In this document: positions 1 through 15,300 of the stretch, one piece after another
Layout: every line of letters starts with the position of its first letter
How positions within the stretch are numbered: the first letter of the stretch is position 1
From: Tubiluchus corallicola
Taxonomy: Eukaryota > Animalia > Priapulida
Reading direction: 5' to 3'
Length of the DNA: 64,000 nucleotides
NCBI GenBank assembly: GCA_030141605.1
Contig: JAQGDQ010000068.1
Location: 124,001 to 188,000, forward strand
The notes under the pieces: model-generated
What the model was told of the DNA's origin: nothing
Seen by the model: the letters and a program-made list of their open reading frames with translations, nothing else
Database searches by the model: none
Translations under genes and position numbers: made by a program

Positions 1-3000
1 ACCTTTATACAACCAAGCAAGACATGTGCTGATCAATCTGTCTTGGTGTGCACACAACTTCCTCAGCGGTTATAAAAATAATATAATAACACTTGAAAAA
101 AGAAACTGGACACCATGCATCTGGGCCGTTATGGGTAATTGGTTAAACAGATGTTACCAATGTGAACATTCAAGATGAAAAACTACAGCCAAAACAAGCT
201 CTCAGTGCTGATCTGTTTTCATTGATCTCCCAGTCTGGAAAGAAAAATAGCGCTGCATTTTTTCAGGAAACGGATGAGGAATGTAAATTTAAGTTAAAAT
301 GAAGCCCCCACCTTAAGATCAATTAACGTTCATCATTAGCTAAAAATAATGTTTATTAGACATAGCGTCTTTCTTGACATTCTTTGCTCTTTTACTACAG
401 AAATTAATTCTTATAATGTTCTACAAATGATGACTATTTACGTGTAAATATTGTAAATAAATCAGTTAATAATGAAATTAAGAATTAGAAAATGGTTCAC
501 AAGACTGTTTGTCGGGAAATTGGCCACTACTCTGAGGTCCTCCAGAAAAGTTTGCCATTAGGTCCAAAGCTCATTATTTGCTGTTGGCTGCCCTGGTATG
601 AACCCGAATCACACAGTAAAAAACTACCCAAGTTGCCTATTTTGTCTGAAAATAATTTGCTAAAAAAGTCGTATTAACTAGCTGAAATGTGCCTTTTAAA
701 AAACAGTGCTTCTTCATGTTTTACGAACATGTTTCTGTGACTTTTTACGTGTAATTTTTTGTATAAATATATTTACTTAAATACAGAATTATCAATAAAG
801 CAACAAGCTGCGTAACTCAAGATTCTTCTGTATAAGTATTAAAAAAATTAATACACACTCGCACCCACTATAAAGACACTTACAATTATAAAAAGAAAAT
901 TACCTATTTTTACAAATAAACATTGTAATATTTGAAATAACTGATGTGAATCGGACAAATTATATAAGAACAATAAGCTCAATAAGCTGCAAAAATGATG
1001 TCCAAAAGTTGCAAACCAGCTTAGAGCAGAATCAAGACAGAATCAGCATGTGGCAGGTTTATCAAGATACGATGTTTTGATATTAGCATTATAAATAATT
1101 AATTATTAAGATATGGGTCACTATGAGCCTGGGTCACGATGTGCATAGAGTGATTGATAACTAGCTACTATGTAATCACGCCTTAATGTAATATTCTGTT
1201 CTGCATGTGGGAAAACATGTGATTAAACCAAATCGGTTCGTCGTAGACAGGACAGAGGCATTTCTGCTGGAGTGGGTGGTTTGGATGTTGCAATTCAGGT
1301 AAAAAAAATTTACGCAGAAGGTTTAGCGGTGCCGTCCTGTATGTAATTATGTAGGAAATCACACCCTCGGGCGGCACTAGATTGTTGTTTGTTGCCATAT
1401 TTACAAACTTACTACAACTGTGTACATTGTGGGTTAATGTGGCACTCAATTGCGGCGCAAATTGCCGCTTGTGTTGTAATGCGAATCTGAGTCATGAAAT
1501 TATTACTACTCAAGCTAGCAGGTCGATAATATCCTAGGAAAAATATCTGAAATGTTTTGTCATGAAGCCATCATCGCTATGTGGCACAGTAGCGGTCAGG
1601 GGCCACTGTCTTGAAAAATGTCTCGAAATCTTATACGGTTAACCCATTTTCATTTTTTCACCTTTTGATTTTATTTCCAATTTGAGTAATATTATGAGTC
1701 TATTTTTAGTAAAACTTTTAGCATGGTGTGTTTTAGTCCATATAAATAGCCTATTTGGCTAATGTTTTTTCGCTGTACACTTAACTTTAAATAAAGATTA
1801 TGTAAGTATGTATGAAGGGCCTGCTCATGACTTAAATATAAAATGCCATCGTAGGCCTATATTTGTTAAAACACAAACGTAAATATCTCGAGTATGTAAT
1901 TTTTAGAATGCCCTTTTTTATTAATACGAAGTGTAAATATTTCATCTAATATATGCATATGCAGCTCAGGATCTATTTCAAGCTGGTCAACATAATTATG
2001 CCTAATATTAAGAGAAATTTTATACAATTACCTAAAATGCTAGACAGTGTAATATTTTGCAGCGTACAAAGTGATACATTGGAGTGATACAAAACTTCTA
2101 TTTCTTAGAACACGTTCATGCACAACATGACCAAAATATTCTCACTGGGTAAGTAGTTAGGGCAAAATAGTTATGCGAAACTACATTATACAAACTACAT
2201 TCAAATATTTGGCAATAATTGCTGAGGTATAAGTTTATATATTGCATTTAATGGCAGTGATATTGTCCATTAAAAACTGTCGTATCTAATTAAGCAAAAG
2301 AGGTGCATCATTGTTAAATTAATGAAGTACTCATTGATTGGTATCTGGTGAAAGCATTTCAGAAAAAACCCTGCATCCCTTAGAAAATTGCAGAGCCGTC
2401 CGAGTGATCCATCACTATTATGGGATTTTTTCAAATTGCAATTTTCGCCCCTGACACTATAATAATACACGTGAGAGTTTACAACTGGAGACGAGACAGA
2501 ACTGCCTTACCATCACGTGACCATCCACCCAGGACTGCCGGGGAACCTAATGGCCTCTAATTGAGCTGCGAATATGGATTTTATATTCCAGTGGCATGTT
2601 ACATGAATCATTCAGAACTCCATGCTGCATACACGTACGGCGTGGTCTGTAAATTTGTATTTAAAACTCCTGTATGCCTCCTCGTTCATTATGGCGACTT
2701 AATTTTGTTAAGTAAAAGACAGTAAGATAATAAATAACCTACACATAAGTGAATAAATAACCTACACATAATTGCTGTAAAGAGTTACTAATTCTGCATG
2801 AATCATGACTGCGGTACTTATTGGCTTTCTTGAACAGGGTAAATTGTGTTACTTGCATCAGTTGTATACGAGTTCGGTAGTAACATTCACTTGGGCAAAA
2901 TAAATCATTGATTAAATTTTGGCATTAATTGAACTGAAATAATTTAAAATAATTATGCATGAAAATCTTGCTAGTCGTAATAATTCTCCGGTACATTTGC

Positions 3001-3595
3001 TTTTCATTGTAATGCTTGGTAGTTAATGCCGGGGGGGGGGGGCAACGTTGAATTTTGTCGTTTATAGTCACGTGTTAAATGACTTGGAATTTTTGTAACC
3101 TCTATGCATAGCAGTGCTGCATAACATGTCACATAGACAACACAGCAAAATGTTTAGTCGTGTGATAGCGATTGACCAGACAAGAACCCCAGCTTTTTTC
3201 GAAATCGAGAGGTTTCTTCCAATCAAATCCCTTCTCTGTGTTTTCTATAAATGGGTTTCTAACGTTGCTTTAGTATCTTGGTAATATATATCAATCTGGC
3301 TGCTTTTAAGCTGATTGCTTGAGTAAAATTATGCTTGGCCGTATCCGTGCAGCGTGGACTAATAAGGCAAAATGAGTTTCGCAGGATCATTACGCAGCAG
3401 GACTTGCAGGTGGCTTGTCAGGAACTATAGGCGGTTTATATGATTCTTGGATTCACGATTGTTTGAGAAAAAGACAAGTGAAGGAGACTGAGTCCTGAGT
3501 GAGAATTTAATTGATATTGCCCGACAGTCAGAAGTCGACAATATTTGATGACGTTTAAACCAGCTTAGCGTACATTAGCTACTAAGCAAGCGAGC

Positions 3596-3823
3596 TGAGT
3601 CAGTTCAACTCAGCAGGCGCACTGCGCAGCTTGGATAGCCACTGATTGACTGCGTCACTAACTATACTCGAGGAGTCGGTGAAGACTGTCTTTGAAAACA
3701 TGGGAATAATGATATAATGTGAAAGCAACTTATACAGTGATTCCCTAGGGGAAATTATACATTTAAATTGGTAACTCCGGTGAACAACCAATGCAGTGAA
3801 GTTATACGATACTTTCTTTAAAG
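3596..3823 (+). promoter_or_regulatory. Candidate promoter and non-coding first exon of Ddr
   Basis: TGAGTCA (AP-1) overlapping TCAGTT (Inr-like) at 3596-3605, locally CpG-richer sequence, strong donor AAG|GTAAGG at 3823/3824; the Ddr start exon has an upstream acceptor so a 5' exon is needed somewhere. Confidence 0.35.
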
Positions 3824-4699
3824 GTAAGGTAAATTTACAAAGCTTGCTTGTCTCTTATTCGTTATACGTGTATTATAGTAAAATAAGTAAACATATTGTA
3901 TACCTATGGTCTGCAGTGATGTCATGGTTTTGCGCCAGAGTTCAGTAAACTGGTTACAGTGTTTCGCGTGAGCAACACACTGTAACCATTTGACTCACAG
4001 ACTATAACCCAGATCCAATTTGACCTACATTCGTGACTCACCTATGATGTAGTGACCAGCTTGTTGTCAGTGCAGTTTTGTTGTCAAATACTGCTTCATT
4101 TTTGGCACAATATTTCGACATAAATTAATGTCTTCCTCGGGTGATAGCAATGATAACTCCTTCCTACAGTATAGTGACTCATATTCTGGCTGTATTATTT
4201 CACACTGACTGAGTGTTACTTAAAGCACAAGAAAATTCTCCACTTAATAAAGCTTGAAAAATTCGTCTTGAAATTTCATACCACCTACACCTACTGCCTT
4301 TTTGCATACAGGGCTTGCGTGGGCACTAACGCAGTATAAAACTTGTAAATTTAAACTCCCGTTAGGCGAAGCCATTTTATGGCAAGTCGTTGGGTACAAG
4401 TTTAGATAACATTGCTTGAAGTTTGAAAAAATAACCAGAGCATTCGTAGCACACATATTACTAAGTAAAATTTTAAATTATTGTGTCTTATCAGTAAGAT
4501 TAAAAATACGTTTCTGGTTAGTGAGTGGCGCACCCTGGAGGGTGGCCAACGATATTTTACCAGTTGCAACGATCATTTTAAATTATTATTTTCTAGTTAC
4601 ATAAGTCTTTCCAGCAGGTAAGCGACATGCTAAGTAATACAGATTTGCATGGAAAGTTTTTTGGGATATAATTTAACATTTATTGGGTTTTGCCTAAAA

Positions 4700-5230
4700 G
4701 TTTCCTATTCTTCTCGCGTACATGATACTATAATTATTTTTATTTCCCGTGTGGGAAATTGATATTTAATATATTAACATTTACTTTAAATTACGTTTGC
4801 TCAAGATTACGCTAGATTTACGTTTGCGTAAGTGACCGTCGGTACAGTATTGCGGTAGATTTAAAATGAAAACAAACAAAAATTCCTTTTAACGCGAGTA
4901 CGATACATGCACAAAATTGCTGTAAGGTAATATAATTTTACTGATTTTTCTGAAACTTACTTCAGGTACCCCTTTTCTTGTCCTTTAAGTCCTGAGTGAC
5001 CATATTTATGAAATTTCATCATAAAAAAACATACAAACGTTGAAATGTATTAGTAACGTAGCATTATCTGTAATGCCAGATCGATTATAGAGTAGGATAT
5101 AGTAAAAAAAAAACACGTTAACAGGCAATCAAAGTTACGATTGTAAACAGTTTCGCCTACATGTTTCCTATTCTTCTCGCGTGTATGATTATTATTTTTA
5201 TTTCGTATGGGAAATTGACATTTAATATAT
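4700..5230 (+). repeat. Dispersed ~70-bp direct repeat (4700-4774 and 5163-5230)
   Basis: Both read GTTTCCTATTCTTCTCGCGT...ATGAT...TATTTTTATTTC...TGGGAAATTGAYATTTAATATAT. Confidence 0.85.
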
Positions 5231-6776
5231 GCTAGTCAGCTGGCACCTGTAGGCACTTTTTAATTGCTACGTTTATTACGCGAAATACCCAATAAAGTGC
5301 AAATTCATTAGAGCTTGCATGTCCAATACTCGCAGGGATTTGGTAACTCTACTATAAAGCAAAAACAGCTTATGCATTTTCATGAGACGACTCTGCGGGT
5401 GTGTTTTTGCGATTGTCGTGGAGATTCGCCAGGGATTCAGCTGCTGTCAGACTGCTCCTTGACGACCGTGCTGCAGCTGCTGCAACAAGAGACAAACCGG
5501 GCTTTGATCTGAAAATATTTGTGTAGGGAAATCACCCCGTGTTCGAGTCCAGGGTATGTAAATTGCTCTATTCATTGCTAGTGTTGTTCAGGCGTGAGCT
5601 TCTTCTGTGATATCCAAACCGCCGTACAACTGCTGGATATTGAAATGCGTTTTCAGATGAGTATACTGTGAACATCCCTGTTATGGAATGTGAGTACTCG
5701 GTACAAAGCTTTACACCATTGATTTGTCAATAGAACTATTGTGAAAGGAGTGACTAGTCGTCTGGTCTGTTGTACCGCCAAATATTAAAATTAAAAAAAC
5801 GTACTTATTAAAATAAAAAAATCAAACGTAGGTAACCAATGGAATAAAGCCACAACTGTTAATTTTTTTAAATAGAGGAACGTAAAAAAGTCCCTAAACC
5901 AGGCCCAAGGTTTGAACCAGGTACTTTTGAAGTAGATCAAAGAACGCCATGCCTGGGCACCTTCAAACAAAACTGGAAAACGTAGACTTATCGGACAGGT
6001 GCATTTGAACAGTTACAGTGAATAGCAGAATTCCATAAAATCATATTTACTTAATGGTATCCGCAGAAGTCTTTATTTTTGTTAATAAAATAAAATTACG
6101 TAAGTGTCTGTCCAAAAATGGTTTAATTTCTAATTAAATAACAATAAACAAAAATAAATTAGCTCATTTGTTAATGTAATTACTGTTCTGTGTAACGATT
6201 ATAACTTCACAATTTGACTTCAAAAGAGAAACAGAACATTATGCTTAGCAAATCTGTTACGTTAACTTCTTAACCCCGTTTAACAAAATAATAATTAGTA
6301 TAATTAATAAATGAATCAACACTTACATCGTTGCGCCAATGAGTAATTTAGGTAGTTTAAGTAGATATCCAACAAACCTTTAGGCTGAAATCTCAGCAAG
6401 ATTGTAACATTTCTAGTTTCTGTGGCTTCTAGAATGTAGCATTGGACTACGACCCAGTCTGACATTTGTTACTGTAACCAGCTAACCTGTCAAAATGAAA
6501 TCAGGTGGAAACAGATGGCAGCATATAACAAAACACGACAGTTTTCTGCTAATAAAGAAAAGAAATTTTTGCTTAGTGCAGAGGCGCTGCCACAAGCCAC
6601 CTGATTCCATGCCCTTTTAAAGGCAGCAGTGTCATTGCTTGACTTACACGTTTAGGTATGACTATGTGAAATAAATAAATTCTATTTAGATTATTCACTG
6701 ACTGTGTTCAGAGGAATAAAATTTGTGGCGCAGTCTTAAAAGCTCACCGACTAAGTACTAGTATAGCTGATTTTAA

Positions 6777-8071
6777 GGGTACCAACAAATCCGGTTAATA
6801 TCATCATGTACGAGCTGTCCACGTTTTGGGTGAGCAATTCCCGAGAAGAACAGAACGCCCATTTAAAACATTCCTTGGCAACATTTATTTCTTGTTATTT
6901 TTTGGATACACATAAAAAGAATATTCATTTTGATGGAAAGTGCTTTAAGCAAATATATATAGTTACATCAATGAATAAATGATCATATAATAAATAAATA
7001 AATCAAGTCTAAATAGAATTGCTGAAGATACTGTACTGTTATATACACTAGAAAGACAGCTATTAAGTTGTGTGTGGTTACACTACGGCACTGACCTGAC
7101 TGGACAATGTAATTCAATGTAGGCAATCGATGTCGACCACGCTCAAAAATTTGAAAAGTTTGCGTTAAATCTCCGCGTCTGTAGCAGCTATTCTCAAGAC
7201 AGTGTGGGATTAACCAACGTTAATTTGATACCTGTGCATGTGTAATCACTGCGTAATAATATAGTGAAAGCTGAAACGCACATGTATTATTGATTACATA
7301 ATGTACGTGTACTGTAGACTAATTAACACTGTGTTCCAGGTATCAGCTGCAAGCATCATAAATCAAAATGGCGACGTGCGCGTTAAACTATCACTTATAT
7401 TACTCGTCATTGGCGTGTACATAACCAATATAAATCAAAGTAGAAGTGCTTAACGTTAATTATGTAACATAATTCCTCCGGTTGTCTATGTTGACTAAAC
7501 TAAACGACAGCCGAGGTTAACTGATTGCGTTGAAGTAACAGACGTTGTGGGAAAATGACGGCGTAAAAACCGTTATTGATTTGAAGTCGAGATTCATATT
7601 TCATTGACACCAAGCAAATTTTGTACTGTAAATTCATGGAGAGAACTGAAACAAAAACGAGCGTAGATTGGAAAAATATGTCAGGAAAAATTATTTTAAT
7701 TAAAGGATATGCAAACGCAATTTTTTCCACGGGTACTTCTTTCCTTCAAATGTCTTCTCGCAAATTTCAACACGGTGAGACATCTGAAAACACTAATTTC
7801 AACCCCTATTGCCCTTTGGTGTCGTGTTATACTCATTAAAGAAACCAACTTCAGGACCGCATTTAACTTGAATTTATTGCACTGCGCTACCGGTGTCATA
7901 AAATTTCCGGTTTCATGTTATTATTGTTGTTCACTGCTGTCGTCACCGTTACCGCGTCGGCACTGCTGTATTATTTTGATCCTATAGCTTAAAAATTATT
8001 TTGGCCTTATTTCAAAAAACGACATGGTTCAAAAAATCGTTTCAAGTTTGTCAGCCAGAAATTCCGTAGCC
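6777..8071. mobile_element. Possible Kolobok-like non-autonomous DNA transposon
   Basis: TTAA|GGGTAC... and ...GTAGCC|TTAA ends; only about 6 bp of inverted match, so weak. Confidence 0.25.
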
Positions 8072-11000
8072 TTAAAGTGATTTTGACCAAATAGTCTAGT
8101 GTCATTTAATGTCACCTAATAATCTAATCGTTTTTTGTCACCTATTCCAGTGTGACCTAATAGACGTGCTAACACCTATATAACTATTTCTAACTACTAG
8201 CAATATGTCATCAACAATATTCACTGCTATATAATCCAGTAAGCTTTTTTCTTGGTCCCCAACACCATGTGTAACTTACAATATTACATGCAATTGTATT
8301 AATCTGTCACTCATCGGATTATTGCTTTTTGATGTACAGTGTGTAATGACATTTATTTTAGGGACTAAATTAATTGAATTGAAATTATATCTTTACACTA
8401 GAATATGCTGTCTCACAAGGTACATAACATTGGCATGAAATAGTGTATAGTTGCAGATTGTGCGAGAGAGCATGTTTTAATCAATGTGATACTTTTAGAT
8501 CAAAGTCATTTGCAAGGGTTTCTCGGTGACGAATTTCAGGTAATCTTTTTAATCATAACGTTAACTTCGAATAATTTCGTGTAGTTTATGACGCGAACAG
8601 GCTGGGGCTTTAAATTAATGGGCAAATTATGGCCTTTATCTAATGTGCTCAAAGTCACTGTTCGAAAATGCATGAACTTCTGTGTGTTGGATATACCTAT
8701 AACACAGCAAATGAGCATCAGACAAGTGTACTTATCGCTGATTCGATCAGAACACGTTTGAAATCTAAGGACACTAAAATATCACAAGGAAATTATGCGT
8801 AAGCATCAAAATCTGAGTCTGAAGAAAATTGCTAAAAAATCTCACACTGCCGTGAAATAAAATCGAGCACTACAGGGCTTCGTTGCATAATTTTTAGGGC
8901 TATGTGGGGTTGGTTTGGCCTCTATAACTGAAGCACAGGGTGGCTCGTTGCATGACTCTAACCTTTGCAATAAAGTCATTTCATGGTGCTGCCAGTTCTG
9001 AGAACTAGTCCATCTGATTCGCTGTGATATAATGATAACCAAGGACAAACTGAAAATGTAATTAAAGTAATTCACACCCAAACAGAATTAGGTGAGGAAG
9101 CGAGGAATTACTAATCTGCAACCAAAATTTCACTAAAAATACAAAGTGAAATTAGTAGAGGGATCATTACTCTAAATAACCTAACAACTAATGTTAGCCA
9201 CAGGAAGTGTTTCTGCTCCAGCTCTCACGTCATTGTGATCATAAATGCTGCGAACGTGGCCAAAACCGGCAAAGCGGTTCAACTCGTGAAAGCAAACCCG
9301 CAGCTGAATGTTGTAAAAGAAGAAATAAAAGCAAATTCTCTCCACTGGGACCACCGCTAGCATTATGGTGATGGTCGTTGTGTATAGTTTAACGACACGC
9401 CTGTTTCTATGCCCTGTTAAGAAAAGGCAAAGGCTTTTACTTCGTTTTGAGGCCGCGTTTCAATAACAAGACTTTCGAAGATTATTGATTTAAGCAATTT
9501 TTGGAATTACTTACTAGAGTGTTCTTGAAGCATTTTAATTCGATTTATTAAGTATAGAATTTGGCGAAGTACAGGGTTCTGCTATATTCGCCTTCAAAAA
9601 ACTGCCAAACATTTCACGAAATCACAATATACACTGTGCAGTAACTCTCTAATAATAAATTTGGTGGCTCATTAAACCTTTCTGTCATGCTGCAGCCAAA
9701 AATGTTCTCAGAAACTGTCCTAGCTACTTGGGTTGCGTTCTTACAAGTCACTGGCAGCTTCTTCTCTGGGATAAAACTTAAACTGACATTCCCTGCCAAA
9801 TTAGGATGAGTTGGAATTTTTTGTCTCTTTTTGTCTTGGTTCTTGCAACCTGGATTCCTGCAAATTTTTAGCATATAATATCAGCCTAGAATTAGAATTC
9901 ATGCAAGATTTTTAATGTTTCTTGATCATTATAAAACCATAATTCTTATGAGTTTATAGCTGTTTCTTACTTGTGGTAAAACCAGTAAATTCATGCAAGC
10001 ATTTGCTAATTTCTTGGTCTTTGGTAGCTTAACGAAATACTCGTATTATCACAAGGACCACAAGGCTATAACGCTTATTTGCTCAAGACAAAGCCAGAGT
10101 TACTTTAGGTTCGTGAAAGTATTTTTAGGGCAAGATGTGAAAATGTAAAACAAGGGATACTTCTTGTTCAGGCCAAAACTAAAACTATGCCTGCAAATCT
10201 AATTGTTTCTAAATAGTTTCCATTGTTACAATTACAAATTTCTGGCAGTTTCTCGTTAAAAATAAGACAGTATTATTAAGATTGGAATTCCTGGTATCCA
10301 TTTCTTTGGTAGGTTTTTATTCAGCAATGTTGGTTTTTATGAAAAACAAAATCTGAATTCATATAAACTTTTGCTTAGAGCCGTAATTTCTGTGCTTTTC
10401 TGGTTGTTTCTCTTCCATAGTAAAACTTAGCTTCTTGTCTTTATTCTGTGTATTTCTCCAGGAGCATTTGACCCCATTTAGTGTATTACAATGTAAATGT
10501 TTCTCATTAGAAATAAAATAAAATAAAATAAAATAAAACATAACAAACAAAACAAAGCAAAACAAAATAAGATAAAACAAATAAAATGCCTTGTTTTGTA
10601 TCTAGTACAGATTTCTTCTGGCTAATATGGACGCTACTATGGAAACAAAGCAAGTTATAGCCTCTAACATCAAGTTTACTCACAGTCTCACAGTATGGAA
10701 TTATTATGAATTTGGCAGACCTCATAGAAATGTGCCTGTCATGCGCGTTTTGTTTGCTCATTTTGCAAAGGCTGAATCGCTATTTTTTCAGAATTTCGTT
10801 AGAACAGGAAGCCACGCACTGCATGGTTCGTCGCGCGTGCACATTAATATGGCTCTGCGTGAAGCCATTATTTAGCACAACACGTAGCAAGCAATTACAA
10901 CGAAAATCTTTACTGTCTCGGCTCCATCCTACGTTTATTACCTGTTAGAAACGGCAGTTATAAAAAGACTGCTGACGCCTAAATATTGTACTTTAAGGGA

Positions 11001-11599
11001 GCAATAACAAAAATATGAATTAGATGTTGATTACATTTAACTGCGGCGCTAGTGTCCATGCAAATCTCTGTCACGTTAATAGTATTAGTGTGTACTAGCT
11101 TGACTCGGTACCAAAACAGAGCCTGAGGGTATCTTCGGTTTTTAACTGTAGACAAAATTAACAGAAAGAAAAATGCACAAGATTCTAAGCCTGTTTTCAG
11201 GCTAACAGATCTCCGATAGCTCGGAAAAATTCTTGAAGGAAGTATATACTGTCTTGCTGTACCACATTAAAATTGGCTGATTGCCAAATTGTTATTGTAC
11301 AGATGAAAAAACTACTCTAACTTAATACTAAGGGATTATCCTGTGGCAGTGGTAGTTCTGGACTAGCAGTGGTGTCTCGGCCACGCCTTCCTCTCAACGA
11401 GTTAAATACTAGGCAGTACGATAGATGAAACCCCCTGTACACGCATTTTTCATACGCTTCGGCACTTTGCAAGCAGGACTACAACATTCAGGGCCTATTT
11501 TACAGTGATGTTTGTGGCGAGACTAAAACCGTCAAGGACGGAATGAGCTACCAGAGCTGTTTTAGCCATTTTCGAATACATATATACATCCTCCGCTAA

Positions 11600-12300
11600 A
11601 AGGTAAACAACCTCAAGTAAAACACATGTGACTATTCAACTTGGATTTGGCAGTCACGTATCCATTCACACATGCACTGTTGCTTAACTTCAGTGGTTCA
11701 AGAGTAAGCACTCAACTGTTTACGTCACCCTGACGTTGAAGCTTTGTACAGTCATTGTGGAGGTAACCTTTCACTTACATGCCAGAGCAGCAATTGTTAT
11801 TGCCAATCCAGCCATTGCCTATTATAATAACTTTGAAATCCTGGAAGCAGCCACATTACGCCCCTGTTACTTAATTATAAGCACACTCTCTTATTCATCA
11901 TATAATTTCTGATAGCATTGAATTCGCAGACTAGTGGATACGCCCGTCCGTTCAACTGCATGGCCACCTTTGTTACTTTGTTGTGGCTTCAATCGATGGA
12001 AGATCTTTGTCTGTGTTGTAAACGTATTGTTTTCACTCAGCACTCCAGGGCGAAACTGTAACTAAATCCTCGGCTGACACTCCTTTGGCGTCTGACAAAT
12101 CAATAGAGATGAACTCGTGAGTAATAAAAAAACTGCGTTTCTCTTAATCAGTGGCGCTGGGGATATAGCACGACACTTTGCCAGTGCAGTTAGACTATTG
12201 CTTGTGTAAGCCTGCCCACTTATTTGCTCCGCTGGCTTTGAGGTTTGATTGCCTCAAGTCCTCAAAGAGGCTTAGGAAGCCAGTCTCAAAGAACTGTTTC
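11600..12300 (-). pseudogene. Possible highly decayed hAT-type transposase fragment
   Basis: Minus-strand peptide ITHEFISIDLSDAKGVSAEDLV followed by broken TDG-like and LAC-like remnants in hAT order; many stops and frameshifts. Confidence 0.25.
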
Positions 12301-15300
12301 GTCAAGTAGGGAACTCAACTTAGTTCTCCACTGATCTGGCCACATAGATTTAATAGTTGTATCAAAGAAAAAAATATTCTTCAATGGCGAGATTCAGGTA
12401 CAAAAAATATCCTTCTAGCTAAAAAAACAGTAATAATATTGATTATTATAAGTGGTTAGTTTGAAAAAGTAAAGCAGTCTTTTACAGTCATAATGAAAAG
12501 GCTAATTAATGAAATCTATCTATAATTATAACGAATAAGGACCTCAGGGTTTATCATGGTAAAACAACGTAAATAGGTGATCCATGGTCACTCATTGCGG
12601 ACTAAATAAACTTGTGTGATATATCTACCAGTAAAAGTTAATTTACTCTTATAAGAAAAATTATAAATTGGAAATTATAAATTAAAAATTTAAGATAGCT
12701 TACAAGTCAAATCTTGAAAGTATGAAAATAACTCAGAATAAACTGTTTAAGATAATACATTCGGTACGTTATTTTATTTGTTTATTTATTCTTTTAATTC
12801 AGCTCGTAGACATAAATACATACGTATGTATACATACTTCCTTAAGCCATAAAATACAATATACAAAAAATAAAATAAAATCAGTTACATTTACGCACTT
12901 TACGAGTTAAGAATGATTAAAGAGAAACTTGACCAAAAAAAAAGAAAAAAGCTACAGTATTTACATAAATGATTCATATATTAAAAGCACATTAAAATTT
13001 TTTTAGTGGGAAAAAACGTCTGAATTTATAAAAACATCAGAAAGAAGAATAACATGGGATAAAATATTATTGACAGAATTTAGAATTAGAAATCTAAGTT
13101 TGTGGACGCTTAATACGCATGTAACTTTAAAAGGGTAGACATTGTTCTGTACACAGATTATCATCATCTCACCGATACCATCTAGCAATTATCAAAAGCA
13201 CTAAAAATTAAAGAACGTCATGACGGTCATTGCATGTTATATAGATTTCAACGTGATTTCCTTCCTCCCGCTTTTCAATCATATTCCAACCAGTTATCTA
13301 AATTCATATCTACATCACTTGCATAATACTAGATATGCAAGTAATAACTGTACTGCATGCCGCCCCATGGAACTTATGTATGTAGACAAACGTTTAACGC
13401 TACAAAGCTGTGGCATGATATACCTGGCAATATCATTACCAATTTAAAAAAAGTTGTAAAACACAATCTAGTATCGAAATACTCGTGATCTCTCAGCTCT
13501 GTATTATAAGTATGTTTGTTGTTTTTCCTGCGTTAAATCGGAATGTAAAGCACATATATAATTTCACAACTATTTAGTCTAGTTTGTAAATGTCAAACCG
13601 TTATTTGCTATGTTTGTTCGACCATAAATTATATTATGTTTATTAATTGTCGAAACAACTGATTATGTCTAGTATAAAATACTTCAGTTCAGATAGCTCA
13701 AATCTAGTTTAAGTAATGAACGGTTTAAGTTGCATAAATTACTGTTTAATAGCCATTAGGTTACTCTTATGGACGGCTAGATAGCTTGTTTCGTCGTTCC
13801 CCCCACAATGTGATCTAACTGTGTTTAAAGGGAGATAATTTTTGTATATATATATATATTATAATTGCTATGCATTGTTATCCAATATTCTTATCTTGTG
13901 ATGATGTAATGTTCTAAAGTTAAGCGCGTGGTATCGCCCTAGGTCAGCTTTATGATTTCCTTCTATAATTTGCACTCTGCACCTTGGTCATATTATAAAT
14001 CGATTGTTCCCGTTTTGGACACTTGAAATCACTAGAGGCTGACTGCACTAGCAGTTTAGGTTATGTCAACAAAATTAATTGACCGATTCGTTGCCCACTG
14101 GTCGACGTTGATAACCAGGAAGAGCAGCCGAATGTGAAGCCGAATTATTCTGTATGGAATCAACTGCCTGATGTTCGCACATTAAACGTTCAAATTTTGT
14201 CTGTAAAGCTACCCAAGAGTTAATGCATTTAGATACGAAGTTATTGAACGTTGAGTTCGGTTATAAAGTGTCTGGATCGATTGTCTGTGACCCCACAGAA
14301 CTCTTAACCAGCTTAACGTTAAAATAAGCCATTTTTTCAAGAGCCGCCACAAAATAAAAATGAGACGCTCGGGTTAAAAGGTATAAAACAAAAAGAAAAT
14401 ACTAGAAGTTGTGTGGGCTAACAAAATCATGTAGTCTTTTGAGTATCGGCACTGCTGGAGTGACTGAGGCTATCCATTCATTGTATACTGACAGTTACTT
14501 TGACAGTCTATCGACACCTGACAATATGTGTTTTCACTACTCTAAGTTGTAATGAAAGTGCTGTGTTTGCTGCTAGCAGAAAATTCCACAATAAGGCGCG
14601 CCTGAGGAAAAATATGTAGATTAGTACCCAAATTAAGCTCCTCAGTACTAAGAATTTTGAATTACATGATGGAAAAATTCGTGTGCCGATCAGAAACTTT
14701 CTTAAGTGGGGATATAGCGTGAGCTAGCGGTTTGGTGAATTATGAATAGCTTCTGGCCCGTCTGGCAAACACAGCACTATCCCAGATAGCACTGCCCTAT
14801 AGCAGGTAGGTGACGATGATAAAAGCGACGTTATTCGCATTAAAATGTAGCAATTCTGATACATTTTGTGGCACTAACAGTGAAACTACTTCTGAGTAAT
14901 TTTCATATTTTCAAATTTTGGATTGGTCGCGACCACACTGAGGAAATATTTTCTCAAGTGCCACTTATGGACTTTTTATTGCTAGTAGTACCAGGTTGCA
15001 CGAATTTTAAAACCTTCACCCAGGTGCTACAATGCATCCGTGCAAAATTTCATTGGATTTCCTGCAACAAATTTTGCCAAGATTAAAATATAATCTTTCC
15101 CGCAGGTTTCACGCCAATGTTACCATGTTAAGCCACGGGAAGCAGTGTTACGTTCAGTGATGTATTGATCATGGTAAAGTTTTTACAAAATAATTGCATG
15201 CCGTCAGCAAATCCATTTACTGACTGTATACAAACTTATTCCTGGCTGCCAAATACACTTGGGAAAGCTGAAATTATATGTAAAATTTCATCTGCATTGT

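Noticed and set aside
1325-1470. Small inverted repeats (GTGCCGTCC/GGGCGGCAC followed by CTAG; GCGGCGCAAATTGCCGC)
   Set aside because: Could be Helitron-like ends, but no matching 5' end or second copy is visible in the window.
5890-5960. Minus-strand B-box-like GGTTCAAACC as a tRNA
   Set aside because: No convincing A box or cloverleaf; at most a SINE trace.
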